Shown piece after piece: positions 9,236 through 19,909 of a DNA stretch of 50,471 nucleotides (position 1 is its first letter; each line of letters starts with the position of its first letter). The notes beneath the pieces were generated by a model that saw only the letters and a program-made list of their open reading frames with translations, ran no database searches and was not told where the DNA came from. The position numbers were made by a program, and so were the translations under genes. This DNA is from Candidatus Magasanikiibacteriota bacterium (GTDB lineage Bacteria > Patescibacteriota > Patescibacteriia > Magasanikbacterales > GWA2-37-8): assembly GCA_023246715.1 (NCBI GenBank), contig JAHFHZ010000004.1:1-50471 (forward strand). The letters are read 5' to 3'.

Positions 9236-10403
9236 ATTCCCATTCTTTTTTAAATTCCTTAAATCGCCCGGCGCCAATCGCCTGGCGGGTATCCCGCATC
9301 AACTGAAGCAGGAAATGCAAATTATGCAAACTGGCCAAACGCTGGCCCGATAATTCGCCCGCGGCAAACAGATGATGAAGATAGCTGCGCGAATAATTTT
9401 GGCAGGTATGGCAGGCGCAGGCGGCGTCAATCGGCTGGGTATCGCGGGCAAAGCTCGCATTTTTAATATTCAGCCGGTGCTGTTTGCTCGGGTTTTTGCT
9501 ATACAGCATCCCGTGGCGGGCTAAGCGGGTTGGCGCTACGCAGTCAAACATATCTACCCCGTGCTCCACCGCGATTAACAAATCAAGCGGTGAAAGCCCG
9601 ACGCCCATCGCGTAGTGCGGTTTGGTTTCGGGCAAATACGGGTACACCCAATCCAAAATTTCGGCCGTGGCGGCCATGTTGTACCCGATCGACTCGCCGC
9701 CGATCGCCACGCCGTCAAAAGGGAGCGCCGAAATAAATTCCGCCGAGCGTTCGCGCAAATCGCGATGCTGAGCGCCCTGAATAATGCCGAACAAAAATTG
9801 TTGGTAACCGTGGTAACGCGTATTGCCCATATGCGCGGCGAGCGACTGTTCGGCCCAGGCATGCGTGCGCGCCAACGCTGCTTCGGCGTAGGGGCGTTCG
9901 GCCGCGTCGGGCGTGCATTCGTCGAACGCCATAATAATGTCCGCCCCCAGCTTGTGTTGAATATCAATCGAACTCTCGGGCGTAAAGCGATGCGTGCTGC
10001 CGTCGATATGCGAGGTAAAAGTTACACCCTGCTCGTCGATAGCTACCAGGCGGCCTTGTGCGCCCGCTCCCAGTTCTGCGCCGGCGCGAGTTTCTTTGCC
10101 CAAACTAAACACCTGGAACCCGCCGCTGTCGGTAAGTAGCGGCTTGTCCCAGTTCATAAAACGGTGCAAGCCGCCGTGCTCCGCGATCAAATCTTCACCG
10201 GGGCGCAAATGCAGGTGATAGGTATTGCCGAGCATTATTTCAGCGCCCAGCTGGCGCATGTCTGCTTGATCCAGCGTTTTTACGCTGGCCTGGGTACCGA
10301 CCGGCATAAATACTGGCGTTTCGATCGTGCCATGATCGGTGGTAATTCGCCCGGTCCGCGCGTGGGTAGCGGTATCTGTGGCGGTAGTTTCAAAAAAAGG
10401 CAT
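9234..10403 (-). CDS. tgt: tRNA-guanine transglycosylase
   Basis: TPVFMPVGT, NTYHL, DSGGFQVFSL, DMFDCV and CxCxxC..H zinc site; start at T-ATG 10403. Confidence 0.96.
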   Translation of the reverse strand: MPFFETTATDTATHARTGRITTDHGTIETPVFMPVGTQASVKTLDQADMRQLGAEIMLGNTYHLHLRPGEDLIAEHGGLHRFMNWDKPLLTDSGGFQVFSLGKETRAGAELGAGAQGRLVAIDEQGVTFTSHIDGSTHRFTPESSIDIQHKLGADIIMAFDECTPDAAERPYAEAALARTHAWAEQSLAAHMGNTRYHGYQQFLFGIIQGAQHRDLRERSAEFISALPFDGVAIGGESIGYNMAATAEILDWVYPYLPETKPHYAMGVGLSPLDLLIAVEHGVDMFDCVAPTRLARHGMLYSKNPSKQHRLNIKNASFARDTQPIDAACACHTCQNYSRSYLHHLFAAGELSGQRLASLHNLHFLLQLMRDTRQAIGAGRFKEFKKEWE

Positions 10404-10577
10404 ACCAAAAAGTAATAGTGCCCCTAGCATAGCAAATAATTCATTTTTAGCAACCGAAAGCCGCCCAATTGCGTTCTTAGGTGGAGTTACCCACATGACT
10501 AAGTTAAAAAAAAAGTGTATACTGGCATTATCTTAAATGCGGAGATTATTTTTGTTATTGAGTGACACCTGTATCTC

Positions 10578-13500
10578 ATGTCAAATTCCCTAAGAAAATC
10601 TTTTTATACAAATTTGGTGTTCGGCGTTCTAGCCAGTTTTTTTGCGGTGGTTACCAGTCTGGCGCTCAGTATGTGGTTATCGGGCTACGTCGACCGCGCG
10701 CTGGCCGCTTCACCACCGACAATCATCAATTACCAAGGGAAATTATTTCAAAATAGTTTAGCAGTCACGACCACGCAGAGCATGAAGCTGTTGTTGTACA
10801 ACGCAGCTACCGCGGGCAACGTGTTGTATACCGCCGGGGGCACCGTGGGTACCCCCACGGCCGTTTCGGTGGAAGTAACCACCGGCACCTTTAGCGTTTC
10901 GCTTGGGGGCAGCGGCACCAACGCCATTTCTGATGTTATTTTTCGGGATAATACCTCGGTTTACCTCGAAGTGACCGTTGGCGCCGAAACCATGAGCCCG
11001 CGCAAACAGATTGTTGCCTCGCCCTACGCCTTTAATTCACGGTACTTGGATGGAGTAGGCTCAAAGACAGTTTCCACCACCACCTACATTCCAATTTCCG
11101 ATGGCTACGGCAATTTCCTGTTCAACCAAGTTACCTCTACCTTCGTTACCTCCACTGGCGGAGCCTATCTAGCGGGCTCCAGCACCCTCGGCACGGCCTA
11201 CATTACCAGCCTCACCGTTGGGAACGGCCTGTTGACCTATTTAGCCAACACCCAGACGTTTACGGGCCTCAACACCTTTAGCGCCGGACTCATTGCTTCC
11301 GCATCTTCCAGTATCGCCTCCTCGCTCAACGTCAGCGGCAACCTCAACGCGTCATCCTCTTTGTTTGTCGGCGGCTTCTCCGCCCTAACTGGCTTCAACT
11401 CCACGGCTTCCTCGACCATCGGCAGCACGCTCAGCGTCACGGGCGCAACCACGGTATCCTCATCGCTTAGTGTCCTTGGCCTCACCAGCCTTACTGGCGG
11501 GTTTCTCTCCACGGCTTCCTCGACGGTGAATGCGGGGTTGAGTGTTTCGGGGGCTCTGAATGCTTCGTCAACTTTTAACGCAAACGGCTTAGCTGTTTTA
11601 ACCAGTGGATTTATCGCCAATGCCTCTTCCTCAATTGGTGGGGCCTTCCTGGTGAGCGGAAGCCTGAATTCTTCATCCACCCTCACTGCCAATAATCTCT
11701 CGATCCTTGGCACCTGTACCGGCTGTGGTGGCGCGACTAACGCAGTGAATACTTGGAGCGCTCTCAACACCTTTACCGCCGGTATTATTGCCAATGCCTC
11801 ATCAAGTATGGATCGTCTCCAGGTGGCTGGAGCCCTAAACGCCTCTGGCACCCTGTTGGTGAATGCCTCATCTTCCTTTTCCAATGGGTTAACGGTCGGC
11901 GTGGTCAGTACTACACCGAGTGCGAAATTCACTATTTATGAAGGCAGTGTTTTGGCTCTGGGCACGCAAGGTGGCGCTGGTGTCACCCCGGCTTCCGGTG
12001 CTGGTACCCGCCTGATGTGGATCCCCAACAAGTCCGCATTTCGCGCTGGCTACGTCAATGATACCCAATGGGACAATGGTAGTATTGGCAGCTACTCTAC
12101 GGCATTCGGTAACAATAACACCGCGAGTGGTGATTACTCTACGGCGGTAGGTTCTGGTAATACCGCGAGCGGCGTCTATTCGTTTGCAGGGGGGGCCGGA
12201 GGAATCGCTTCTGGTGCCGGCTCGTTTTCGGTCGGTGTAAATTCCAATGCTGCGAGTGGTGATTCTTCGGTTGCTTTTGGGAATAATAATACAGCCTCAG
12301 GAGGCTATACCTTCACCGTCGGCAGTGGCAATGTTGCGAATAACACTGGCGGTATTGCCATGGGTAATTCCAATACGGCCGGACTGCAGGCTACTGCAAT
12401 TGGTACGAGCAATGTCGCCAACGGCACGTATTCTATGGCTTTTGGCAGAGCCATGACTGTGAGCGGACACACCTCGATCGGTTTTAATTTGAATGGCGAT
12501 GCCGCTTCGACCCTGGCACAAGCCAATACCATGGCTATTATGAGTGGGAAAGTCGGTATTGGAACCGTAACTCCGGCCTATACGCTGAGTGTCAGTGGCA
12601 CTATTGGTCTCTCCGGTACCTCCACCTATTTTGCCGGTCCAACTACTACGGTTATGGATGGGCAATCTCTCACGATTGGCAAAGGTCCTGGTTTTAACCA
12701 AGGACTATTCTATGTTGATGCTGCCAGCTCAACTAATGGTGGCGCCATCTTTGCTTCGGGGAGTCTGGCAATCGCAGGCACCAGTGGTGGTATTCCACTC
12801 GAAGGAGCCGGGGCAAGATTGATGTGGGTGCCGACTAAGAGAGCCTTCCGCGTAGGAGAAGTGCTCAGCTCTGAATGGGATAATGTTAGTATCGGCAACT
12901 GGTCATTTAGTGCTGGCTACAATAATAGAGCCGTAGGTCAAGCCAGTATGGCTTTGGGGCAGAACGCCTTCGTAGAATCAAGCGCTGCCATCGGAGCTTT
13001 CTCCATTGGGTATAACAATTACACCCAGGACGGCGCGATTGGCGCGATTGGGTATAATGCTACCGCTAAGGGCACCAACTCAATGGCGCTTGGCAACTCC
13101 GTCACTGCCGGCAATGGCAACACCCCCAGTAGCTACACCTTTGGGGATGCCAATAGCGTCGGCGGACAGTACAGCGTGGCTGTAGGAACACAGAATACTG
13201 TTGACGGAGCACAATACGGTATGATTTTTGGCAACAATAGCACGGTCAGCGGACAATATTCTCTGGCGCTTGGCTGGGGTACGTATATTTCCGGGCAACA
13301 TTCTGCTGCTATCAATTTAGGAAATTCTGCAATGACCTTTTTCCAAAATCCACTGGTGTTTAATAATACCATGGCAGTAATCGGCGGTTACATGACCATT
13401 GGAAATGATGCCATAAACCCGGCGGCGCTCACTGGTGCGTCTTCTACTCTGTCTGTCTCTGGCACCTTGGCGATTGGCTCCCCCGGCAATGGCGGTGTAT

Positions 13501-14831
13501 CAGTAAGCTCTACCACCAATACCACCACTTTCAAATCTTATGCAGCCAATGCCGTCGGCGCGGTGGCGTTTGATTTTGATACTAATTTTAGTTTTACGTC
13601 GTCAACAGCCGGTGGCCCAGTGGACCGCGCCTTGGCCACCTTTAGTAACGCGGGCGTACGCAAGCTGATAATTTCGGCGGCTGGCAACGTGTACGCGTCG
13701 AGCAGTTTTATTGCCAACAGCAACTCCTTCGCGCTCGGCGACGTGGCCGAATATGTGAATCTCGCTCCAGGAGTGACGGCCGAAGCGGGCGATGTATTGG
13801 TAGTAGCCGAACAGGGTGCCGTGCAGTTCCGTCCGTCTGGTCAAGCGTACGAGCCTGCTGTTGCCGGAGTAATTTCCGATACCGGGCGGTTTGTAATGGG
13901 CGCCGGTGGCCCGGGCCGAGCCGCGCTCGCGCTGACTGGTTTAGTTTTGGTGAAAGCCAGCACCGAAAATGGCCCGATTAAAGCCGGTGATTACTTGGTT
14001 ACCGGAAGCAAACCAGGCATGGCGATGCGTTACGATATAGCGGCTGGCCGTGGGGGCGGCTTAGTGGGAATGGCGCTTGAGCCGCTGGAGGTTGGTAGCG
14101 GAAAAATTACTATCCTGGTAAACAAAGGTTTATCCGCGGCAACGCCGGCGCAAACCAACACTCTGGGATTAAGCGATACTGGTGGGCAGTTGGCTAAAGC
14201 GGCGGATTTGAACTTGGCCGGGCAGGATATTTTTAACGTAAAATCACTACGCGGTTTGAGCGGGGCTTGGGAACTGACCGCCGAAGGTAAATTAAAAGCA
14301 AAAATAGTCGAAGCCGACCAGGTTGCCGCTGCTGATTTTGTTGTGCGAGTTCCCAAAGACGCTCCGGCAGCGGTTGGGCAGGGTACTGTTGCGGTTGGTC
14401 AGCAGCTCTTGAGCATCAAGAATGAAAAAGTCACTGAACAGGCTAAAATTTTTGTCACCTTCCGTAATAATCCCCAGGCGTTTTGGTGGATTTCCAAGCA
14501 AGAAAAGGGCGCCTTTGAAATTTCGCTAAGCCAAAATGCGGCTGTCGAGAGTAAGTTCGATTATTGGATTATTGGCGTAGCGGTGGACGAAGAAACCGCC
14601 CCTGAAGCAGCTTCGGTTGAGGCACCGATCACCCCGGAACAAACTCAAAATTCAAACAGCGGTAGCAATCAGCCGCCAGCCGCTGCCACCCTACCCGATG
14701 ATACTCCTCTGGTAAGCGCGTCACCCGCCAAGGGTGAAGCGCCTGAGGCCGAGCCACCCACGCCTGATTCAGTGTCACCGGCCGCTCCCGAGCAGAACGA
14801 GGGCTCGTCGGCCCCGGCCACCGCGCCCTAG
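10578..14831 (+). CDS. Giant secreted surface/adhesin protein with ASST repeats, YadA-head-like repeats and C-terminal chaperone-like domain
   Basis: N-terminal TM/signal, INYQGKL..SPYA module, ASS(T/S) repeats, ~14-aa STAFGNNNTASGDY repeats, DVAEY..GVIS..NGPIKAGDYLVT domain, Pro/Glu-rich tail. Confidence 0.8.
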   Translation: MSNSLRKSFYTNLVFGVLASFFAVVTSLALSMWLSGYVDRALAASPPTIINYQGKLFQNSLAVTTTQSMKLLLYNAATAGNVLYTAGGTVGTPTAVSVEVTTGTFSVSLGGSGTNAISDVIFRDNTSVYLEVTVGAETMSPRKQIVASPYAFNSRYLDGVGSKTVSTTTYIPISDGYGNFLFNQVTSTFVTSTGGAYLAGSSTLGTAYITSLTVGNGLLTYLANTQTFTGLNTFSAGLIASASSSIASSLNVSGNLNASSSLFVGGFSALTGFNSTASSTIGSTLSVTGATTVSSSLSVLGLTSLTGGFLSTASSTVNAGLSVSGALNASSTFNANGLAVLTSGFIANASSSIGGAFLVSGSLNSSSTLTANNLSILGTCTGCGGATNAVNTWSALNTFTAGIIANASSSMDRLQVAGALNASGTLLVNASSSFSNGLTVGVVSTTPSAKFTIYEGSVLALGTQGGAGVTPASGAGTRLMWIPNKSAFRAGYVNDTQWDNGSIGSYSTAFGNNNTASGDYSTAVGSGNTASGVYSFAGGAGGIASGAGSFSVGVNSNAASGDSSVAFGNNNTASGGYTFTVGSGNVANNTGGIAMGNSNTAGLQATAIGTSNVANGTYSMAFGRAMTVSGHTSIGFNLNGDAASTLAQANTMAIMSGKVGIGTVTPAYTLSVSGTIGLSGTSTYFAGPTTTVMDGQSLTIGKGPGFNQGLFYVDAASSTNGGAIFASGSLAIAGTSGGIPLEGAGARLMWVPTKRAFRVGEVLSSEWDNVSIGNWSFSAGYNNRAVGQASMALGQNAFVESSAAIGAFSIGYNNYTQDGAIGAIGYNATAKGTNSMALGNSVTAGNGNTPSSYTFGDANSVGGQYSVAVGTQNTVDGAQYGMIFGNNSTVSGQYSLALGWGTYISGQHSAAINLGNSAMTFFQNPLVFNNTMAVIGGYMTIGNDAINPAALTGASSTLSVSGTLAIGSPGNGGVSVSSTTNTTTFKSYAANAVGAVAFDFDTNFSFTSSTAGGPVDRALATFSNAGVRKLIISAAGNVYASSSFIANSNSFALGDVAEYVNLAPGVTAEAGDVLVVAEQGAVQFRPSGQAYEPAVAGVISDTGRFVMGAGGPGRAALALTGLVLVKASTENGPIKAGDYLVTGSKPGMAMRYDIAAGRGGGLVGMALEPLEVGSGKITILVNKGLSAATPAQTNTLGLSDTGGQLAKAADLNLAGQDIFNVKSLRGLSGAWELTAEGKLKAKIVEADQVAAADFVVRVPKDAPAAVGQGTVAVGQQLLSIKNEKVTEQAKIFVTFRNNPQAFWWISKQEKGAFEISLSQNAAVESKFDYWIIGVAVDEETAPEAASVEAPITPEQTQNSNSGSNQPPAAATLPDDTPLVSASPAKGEAPEAEPPTPDSVSPAAPEQNEGSSAPATAP

Positions 14832-14849
14832 GTTATTTATTGATGCGTT

Positions 14850-17141
14850 ATGAAAAATAGGTTCGCCGCGGCACTCGGCCATATCAGTAAATTTTTTACC
14901 CTGGCAACAATTTTTGTCGTTCCTCTGGTGTGGTTACCCGTCACCCTCGAAGCGCACGAACTCCCCAAATACACGGTGCTCTATGCCGGGGTATTTTTTG
15001 CCTTATTGAGTTACTTGCTCCGGGCAATTAGCCTGCGTTTTGTATCGTTTCGCCGGACCGCCCTGGATATCCCGGTACTGCTCTTGTGGGCGGTTGTTTT
15101 AGCGACCAGTGTACTGTCAGCCGATCAGTTTACCAGCTTTGTTGGCGATTATGGAATTTTAGGCGTTTCATTTTTTGGCTGGTCGGCCTTTACGTTATTG
15201 TATTTTTTGCTTACCCAGCATCTAACGCGTTTAAAAGACGTTTATTACGTTCTTGGTCTACTGCTGTGTTCGATATCCCTAGCTGCCGCGTTAGCGCTGG
15301 CACGGGAATTCGGCATCACTGGACCAATTTTTGGTTTAACTGTGCCGGGAGCTTTACCGCACGCGGCCAGGCTGCTTTCCGGGCTGGTATTTACCTGGGC
15401 GGTCATTGTGGCGCTTGGTTTTTTAGCCGATAAGCGCTTGTCGCTGTTGGTGAGCATTGTGTCTGGTTGCGCGTTCAGCATTGGTGTAGTGGGCGTATTC
15501 CTCTGGGGGATACCGCTGCTGTGGATATTGCTTTCTGTGGCCACTGGCGTTTTGCTGATGTTTTTTTTAATTCATTTTAAAGAGGTGCGTTCCTGGTGGG
15601 TGTGGCTGGCCTTTGGCCTGTTGGCAGCCAGCCTGGTGATGGTGCTTTTGGGGCATTTATGGGTAGCGAACCGCTCCGCGGAATCATTTTTAGATTCCCA
15701 TACGTCGTTACTTATTGCTTCTCAAAATGCCACTTCGGGCTTTAAACGCCTGTGGCTTGGCGTGGGCCCGGGGAATTTTATCCAGGCCTTTTCACAGTTC
15801 CGACCAGCGGAATTCAACCTGACTCCGCTGTGGAATCTGCGTTTTTATTTGCCTTCGTCAAGCGCGCTTTCGTGGTTTGTGGAATTTGGAGCTGTTGGTT
15901 GCCTGGCGTTCTTACTGCTGGCTTTAGTTATCCTTGGAACGATAATCGCCCTTCACCTGCGCTCCCGTTCCCGCGCAGTTGAAGCGCTCGAAGCCGATGA
16001 CGTGGCGGAGGATCGCTATACCAAGTACCCACAACCATTTGTGTTGGTTGGAGTGTTGTCGGTTACCTGGTTGCTGTGGAGCGCCACGCTGGGGTTGGTA
16101 AATTTCGGAACCACGCATTGGCTGATCTGGTGGGTGTTGACCGCTCTGACTATGATTGTTTCGGCGTTTTCTCCCACGGTGCGCTCGCGAATCAGTAACG
16201 TGTCTCTACAAACTTCAACCCAATACGCCCTGGCTATTTCGTTTTGCGGTATTTTGTTATTCGCTTTGCTGGTTGCCTGGGGAGTTTATCTGGGCCGCTT
16301 TTACGCCGCCGAAGTCGTGTCGTTTTCGGGGTTGCACGGTTCGCCAGCCGAGCGAATTACCAAAACCGGGCGCGCGGTACTGCTCAATCCGTACCGAGGC
16401 ACATTGTATGTGGGATTAGCGGAAGCTTTTATGGCTCAGGCCGCGCAGCTCGCGCAAACCAATGGCGATCCGAACCAAGTCTATCAAACACTGGGTTTGG
16501 CGCTTGATGCTGCTGTCGTGGCGCGCGCTAAAGCCCCTCACAATGTGGCGGTGTGGGAATATTCAGCGGCGTTGTATAGCCAGGCCCGCCCACTATTGCC
16601 CGATGCCAATCGTTTGTTCAAAGAAACATTGGAACGCGCCATCGCCCTAGAACCAACCAACCCGCGGCTGTGGTTATTGCTCAGCCAAGCCGAAGAGTAT
16701 AGTAGTCAACTGGAAGCCGCTCAAAAAGCTGTTGAACGATCGATAGAACTAAAGCCAAATTTCGTTGAAGGGTATTTGCGTCTGGCTGAGCTGGCTCAAA
16801 AAAATAAAAACAGCGCTGGGGCGATTGCCGCGCTGGAGAAGGGTTTGCCATATAGCGAATCAAACCCGGATTACCTCACCCAACTGGGATTGTTATATTT
16901 TAATGGCGGCGACAAAGCGGATCTAAACCAAGCCGAAGAATATTTAAATCTGGCGTTAGCGCTGAACGCCAATTATTCCGACGCCCTATTTGGGCTTGGT
17001 GCCGTGGAGCAAAAAAGGGGTAATACTGCCGAAGCTCTTCGGTTATTCCGCCGGGTGCTGGAACTCAACCCCGGCAACCAGCTGGTGGAGCTCCGCCTGG
17101 AAGCGCTCCGGCCACAATCAGTCGCCGAACCAACACCATAA
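14850..17141 (+). CDS. O-antigen ligase/polymerase-like multi-TM protein with C-terminal TPRs
   Basis: ~12 TM helices, LGVGPGNF loop, TPR motifs (AIALEPTN, SIELKPNF, VLELNPGN). Confidence 0.8.
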   Translation: MKNRFAAALGHISKFFTLATIFVVPLVWLPVTLEAHELPKYTVLYAGVFFALLSYLLRAISLRFVSFRRTALDIPVLLLWAVVLATSVLSADQFTSFVGDYGILGVSFFGWSAFTLLYFLLTQHLTRLKDVYYVLGLLLCSISLAAALALAREFGITGPIFGLTVPGALPHAARLLSGLVFTWAVIVALGFLADKRLSLLVSIVSGCAFSIGVVGVFLWGIPLLWILLSVATGVLLMFFLIHFKEVRSWWVWLAFGLLAASLVMVLLGHLWVANRSAESFLDSHTSLLIASQNATSGFKRLWLGVGPGNFIQAFSQFRPAEFNLTPLWNLRFYLPSSSALSWFVEFGAVGCLAFLLLALVILGTIIALHLRSRSRAVEALEADDVAEDRYTKYPQPFVLVGVLSVTWLLWSATLGLVNFGTTHWLIWWVLTALTMIVSAFSPTVRSRISNVSLQTSTQYALAISFCGILLFALLVAWGVYLGRFYAAEVVSFSGLHGSPAERITKTGRAVLLNPYRGTLYVGLAEAFMAQAAQLAQTNGDPNQVYQTLGLALDAAVVARAKAPHNVAVWEYSAALYSQARPLLPDANRLFKETLERAIALEPTNPRLWLLLSQAEEYSSQLEAAQKAVERSIELKPNFVEGYLRLAELAQKNKNSAGAIAALEKGLPYSESNPDYLTQLGLLYFNGGDKADLNQAEEYLNLALALNANYSDALFGLGAVEQKRGNTAEALRLFRRVLELNPGNQLVELRLEALRPQSVAEPTP

Positions 17142-17210
17142 TTTTTGCCGGGAGTACTTTTGTTGATATAATGAACCCTCTGCTGTCTGGCAGAGGGTAT
17201 CTTTTTTAAA

Positions 17211-19256
17211 ATGATCGACTATTCGCAAAAATTGAATTCCGAGCAGCTCGCAGCGGTGTTGAACGGCGATGGGCCGTGTTTAGTGTTGGCCGGGGCCGGT
17301 TCCGGCAAGACGCGCACGATTACCTATCGCGTGGCGCGTCTGCTCGAAACCGGCGTATCGCCATCTGAAATTTTATTGGTCACGTTTACCAATAAAGCCG
17401 CGGCCGAAATGAATCGCCGGGTAGTGGAGTTAACTGGTGGCGGGCGCTTGCCCTGGTCGGGCACGTTTCACCATATTGCCTACCGTATTTTAAAAATCTA
17501 CGCCCCATTGCTTGGTTTTGGGAATAATTTTACCGTGCTCGACAGCGACGACAGCCAGGTATTGCTGAAAGCGGCCATCAAAGAAGCGCGTGGTCGCGAT
17601 GAAGCCAAGTTTCCGTCGCCCGCGGTGGTCGGCGGCATGATCAGTTTTGCCCGGAGCAGCCTGCGCCCGCTCCCGGACGTAATCGCCGAAAAATACCCGG
17701 CCTGGGAACGGTTCTCGGCTAAGCTCAGCGCGATTGCCGAACGCTATGCACAAAAGAAAAAAGAAGCCAACGCCTTTGACTTTGATGATTTATTAACCAA
17801 CCTATTGTTGTTGCTTGGCCAACCCAATATTGCCCATAAATACGCCACGCAGTTTCACTACGTCTTGGTGGATGAATACCAAGATACCAACCGTCTGCAG
17901 GCGGCGATCGTCAAAAAATTTGCTGCTGTCCACCACAATTTGCTGGTGGTGGGTGATGACGCTCAAAGTATTTATTCATTCCGCGCGGCCGAGATTGAAA
18001 ATATTCTGGAATTTGAGCGTGAATATCCTGGCACCAAAATTTTTAAACTCGAAAGCAATTATCGTTCCACGCCCGAAATTGTATCGGTGGCCAGTGCCAG
18101 CATCGCCAATAACCGCTCGCCGTATCGCAAGCAATTGCGCGCTACGCTGCCCAGTGGCGCCAAGCCAATTTTACATCCCGAAGTCGATCAAGCCGCCGAA
18201 GCGCTGTATGTGGTGAAAGAAATTAAAGCGGCGTTTGCCGCGGGAGTTGCCACAAATGAAATAGCAGTATTATTTCGGGCATCGCATCACTCCCAACGCT
18301 TAGAATTGGAACTAAGCAAAGCCGGAATCGCTTACGAATATCGGGGTGGCGTGCGTTTTTTTGACCGGGCGCACATTAAAGACGTGCTCAGTTTTTTACG
18401 TATTCTGTATAACCTGAAAGATGCCGCCGCCTGGCTGCGATTGCTCTTGCATCAAGAAGGGATTGGTCCAGCCGCTGCCGAAAAAATGATTCGCGCCGTG
18501 CAGGATTTGGGTAACGCCACCGACGTAGCCAACCTCGGGTTTCAATTATTAGGGCAGAAAGCGCAGGTAGGGTGGCGCAACTTTGTGGCGGTGTGGGAGC
18601 CGCTTTTGCAAAACAAAACGGCTTCGCCGGGCGAACTCGTAGAATTAATTTTAGCTTCGCCCTACCGCGAATTTTTGGAAACCGAATTTATCGACAGCCG
18701 TGACCGGATCGAAGACATCAAACAACTCGCCGTGTTCGCGGCGCAATACCAGGCACTGGAAGATTTTTTAAACGAAGCGAGTTTGCAGGAATCATTCGCG
18801 CTTGGGCGCGACGCCAATCAAAAATCTGCCGGGGGCGCGGAAGGTAAAATTATTTTATCGACCATCCATCAGGCCAAAGGCCTGGAATGGAGCCGGGTTT
18901 TTATTATCAATCTATCCTCCGGAGCGTTCCCGAACGACCGCTCGTTGCGCGAACGCAAAGGGCTCGAAGAAGAACGCAGGCTATTTTACGTCGCGCTCAC
19001 CCGGGCCAAAGATCAGCTGCATTTGAGTTATCCGCTGGCCGGTGGCGCGTTTGGCGATATGCTCGCCGGCCCCAGCCCTTTTGTGGAAGAGCTTAGTCTC
19101 GATTTATTAGAAGACCATTCATTATTGTTAACCGACTCACCATTTACTTCGGCTTCGGTATTTAACGATCCGGTGGCCGGCGTGACGTATGTTGATGAAG
19201 ATCAGCCTCGGCCATTCAAAAAAAACAGCTTTCTGCGCGAGATCGAAGATTTATAA
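17211..19256 (+). CDS. pcrA: ATP-dependent DNA helicase PcrA/UvrD
   Basis: LAGAGSGKT, VDEYQDTN, VGDDAQSIY, NYRS, TIHQAKGLE and EERRLFYVALTRAK. Confidence 0.93.
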   Translation: MIDYSQKLNSEQLAAVLNGDGPCLVLAGAGSGKTRTITYRVARLLETGVSPSEILLVTFTNKAAAEMNRRVVELTGGGRLPWSGTFHHIAYRILKIYAPLLGFGNNFTVLDSDDSQVLLKAAIKEARGRDEAKFPSPAVVGGMISFARSSLRPLPDVIAEKYPAWERFSAKLSAIAERYAQKKKEANAFDFDDLLTNLLLLLGQPNIAHKYATQFHYVLVDEYQDTNRLQAAIVKKFAAVHHNLLVVGDDAQSIYSFRAAEIENILEFEREYPGTKIFKLESNYRSTPEIVSVASASIANNRSPYRKQLRATLPSGAKPILHPEVDQAAEALYVVKEIKAAFAAGVATNEIAVLFRASHHSQRLELELSKAGIAYEYRGGVRFFDRAHIKDVLSFLRILYNLKDAAAWLRLLLHQEGIGPAAAEKMIRAVQDLGNATDVANLGFQLLGQKAQVGWRNFVAVWEPLLQNKTASPGELVELILASPYREFLETEFIDSRDRIEDIKQLAVFAAQYQALEDFLNEASLQESFALGRDANQKSAGGAEGKIILSTIHQAKGLEWSRVFIINLSSGAFPNDRSLRERKGLEEERRLFYVALTRAKDQLHLSYPLAGGAFGDMLAGPSPFVEELSLDLLEDHSLLLTDSPFTSASVFNDPVAGVTYVDEDQPRPFKKNSFLREIEDL

Positions 19257-19345
19257 AATTCGCTACAAACAAAAACCCTTCCCACTGCCGCGTCCTGGAT
19301 GGGGCGGCAATGGAAAGGGTACCAGAGAGAGATTGTGCGGCCCGG

Positions 19346-19789
19346 CTACTGCTCGGTCAGGCAGTTGCCCGAGACCTGTACCAGGTCTCCCGCCTTGAGC
19401 GGGGCGCTGGGATCGATCGCGAGCGCGATGGTCTTTTCGAACGCCGCGCTGGCATCGCTCACGACCTGCTGGCCGGCCTGGCGCAGGTCGCGCTGGCCGA
19501 GGATGCGGAACTTGGCGTCGGGGCCATCGCAGGCCATGCTCTGCTTCTTCGGGGACTCGCTCCCGACGGGAGTGGCGCACTCGAGGTCGTAGTAGACGGT
19601 CCCGAGCACGAACCGCCGCCGCACGCTCACGTGCGGGCCACCACCCTCGCCCTGCTGCACGCGCATCATACAGTTGGCGTAGGGCGGGGTCTCGGGCGCG
19701 GTCGTGTCCGGGCGGACGTCGGTGTGGCAGGCGCCGAGGGCGAGGCTCGCGGCAAGCGCCGCGGAAAACAAGGTCTGGGACTTCCGCAT
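19346..19789 (-). CDS. GC-rich cassette: predicted lipoprotein
   Basis: AGGAG SD; MRKSQTLFSAALAASLALGA|C lipobox; promoter TTGACA-17-TAAAGA (19856-19828). Confidence 0.8.
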   Translation of the reverse strand: MRKSQTLFSAALAASLALGACHTDVRPDTTAPETPPYANCMMRVQQGEGGGPHVSVRRRFVLGTVYYDLECATPVGSESPKKQSMACDGPDAKFRILGQRDLRQAGQQVVSDASAAFEKTIALAIDPSAPLKAGDLVQVSGNCLTEQ

Positions 19790-19909
19790 TGGGATCTCCT
19801 GGTATTTGCACACTGTGTGCGTGAGTGTCTTTACCATAAAAAGCTCAATTTGTCAATAATCTAAGTCTGAATTTTGCCTTGGATTAGTCAGGTTTATGCA
19901 CAAAATACC

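Noticed and set aside
9234-10403. tgt interior is relatively GC-rich
   Set aside because: It has a native T-ATG start with no SD, AAA/GAA codons and a TAA stop, so it is not a cassette.
12080-12450. Periodic ~42-nt repeats, possible CRISPR/VNTR
   Set aside because: Degenerate protein-level YadA-like repeats inside a CDS; no identical DNA repeats with spacers.
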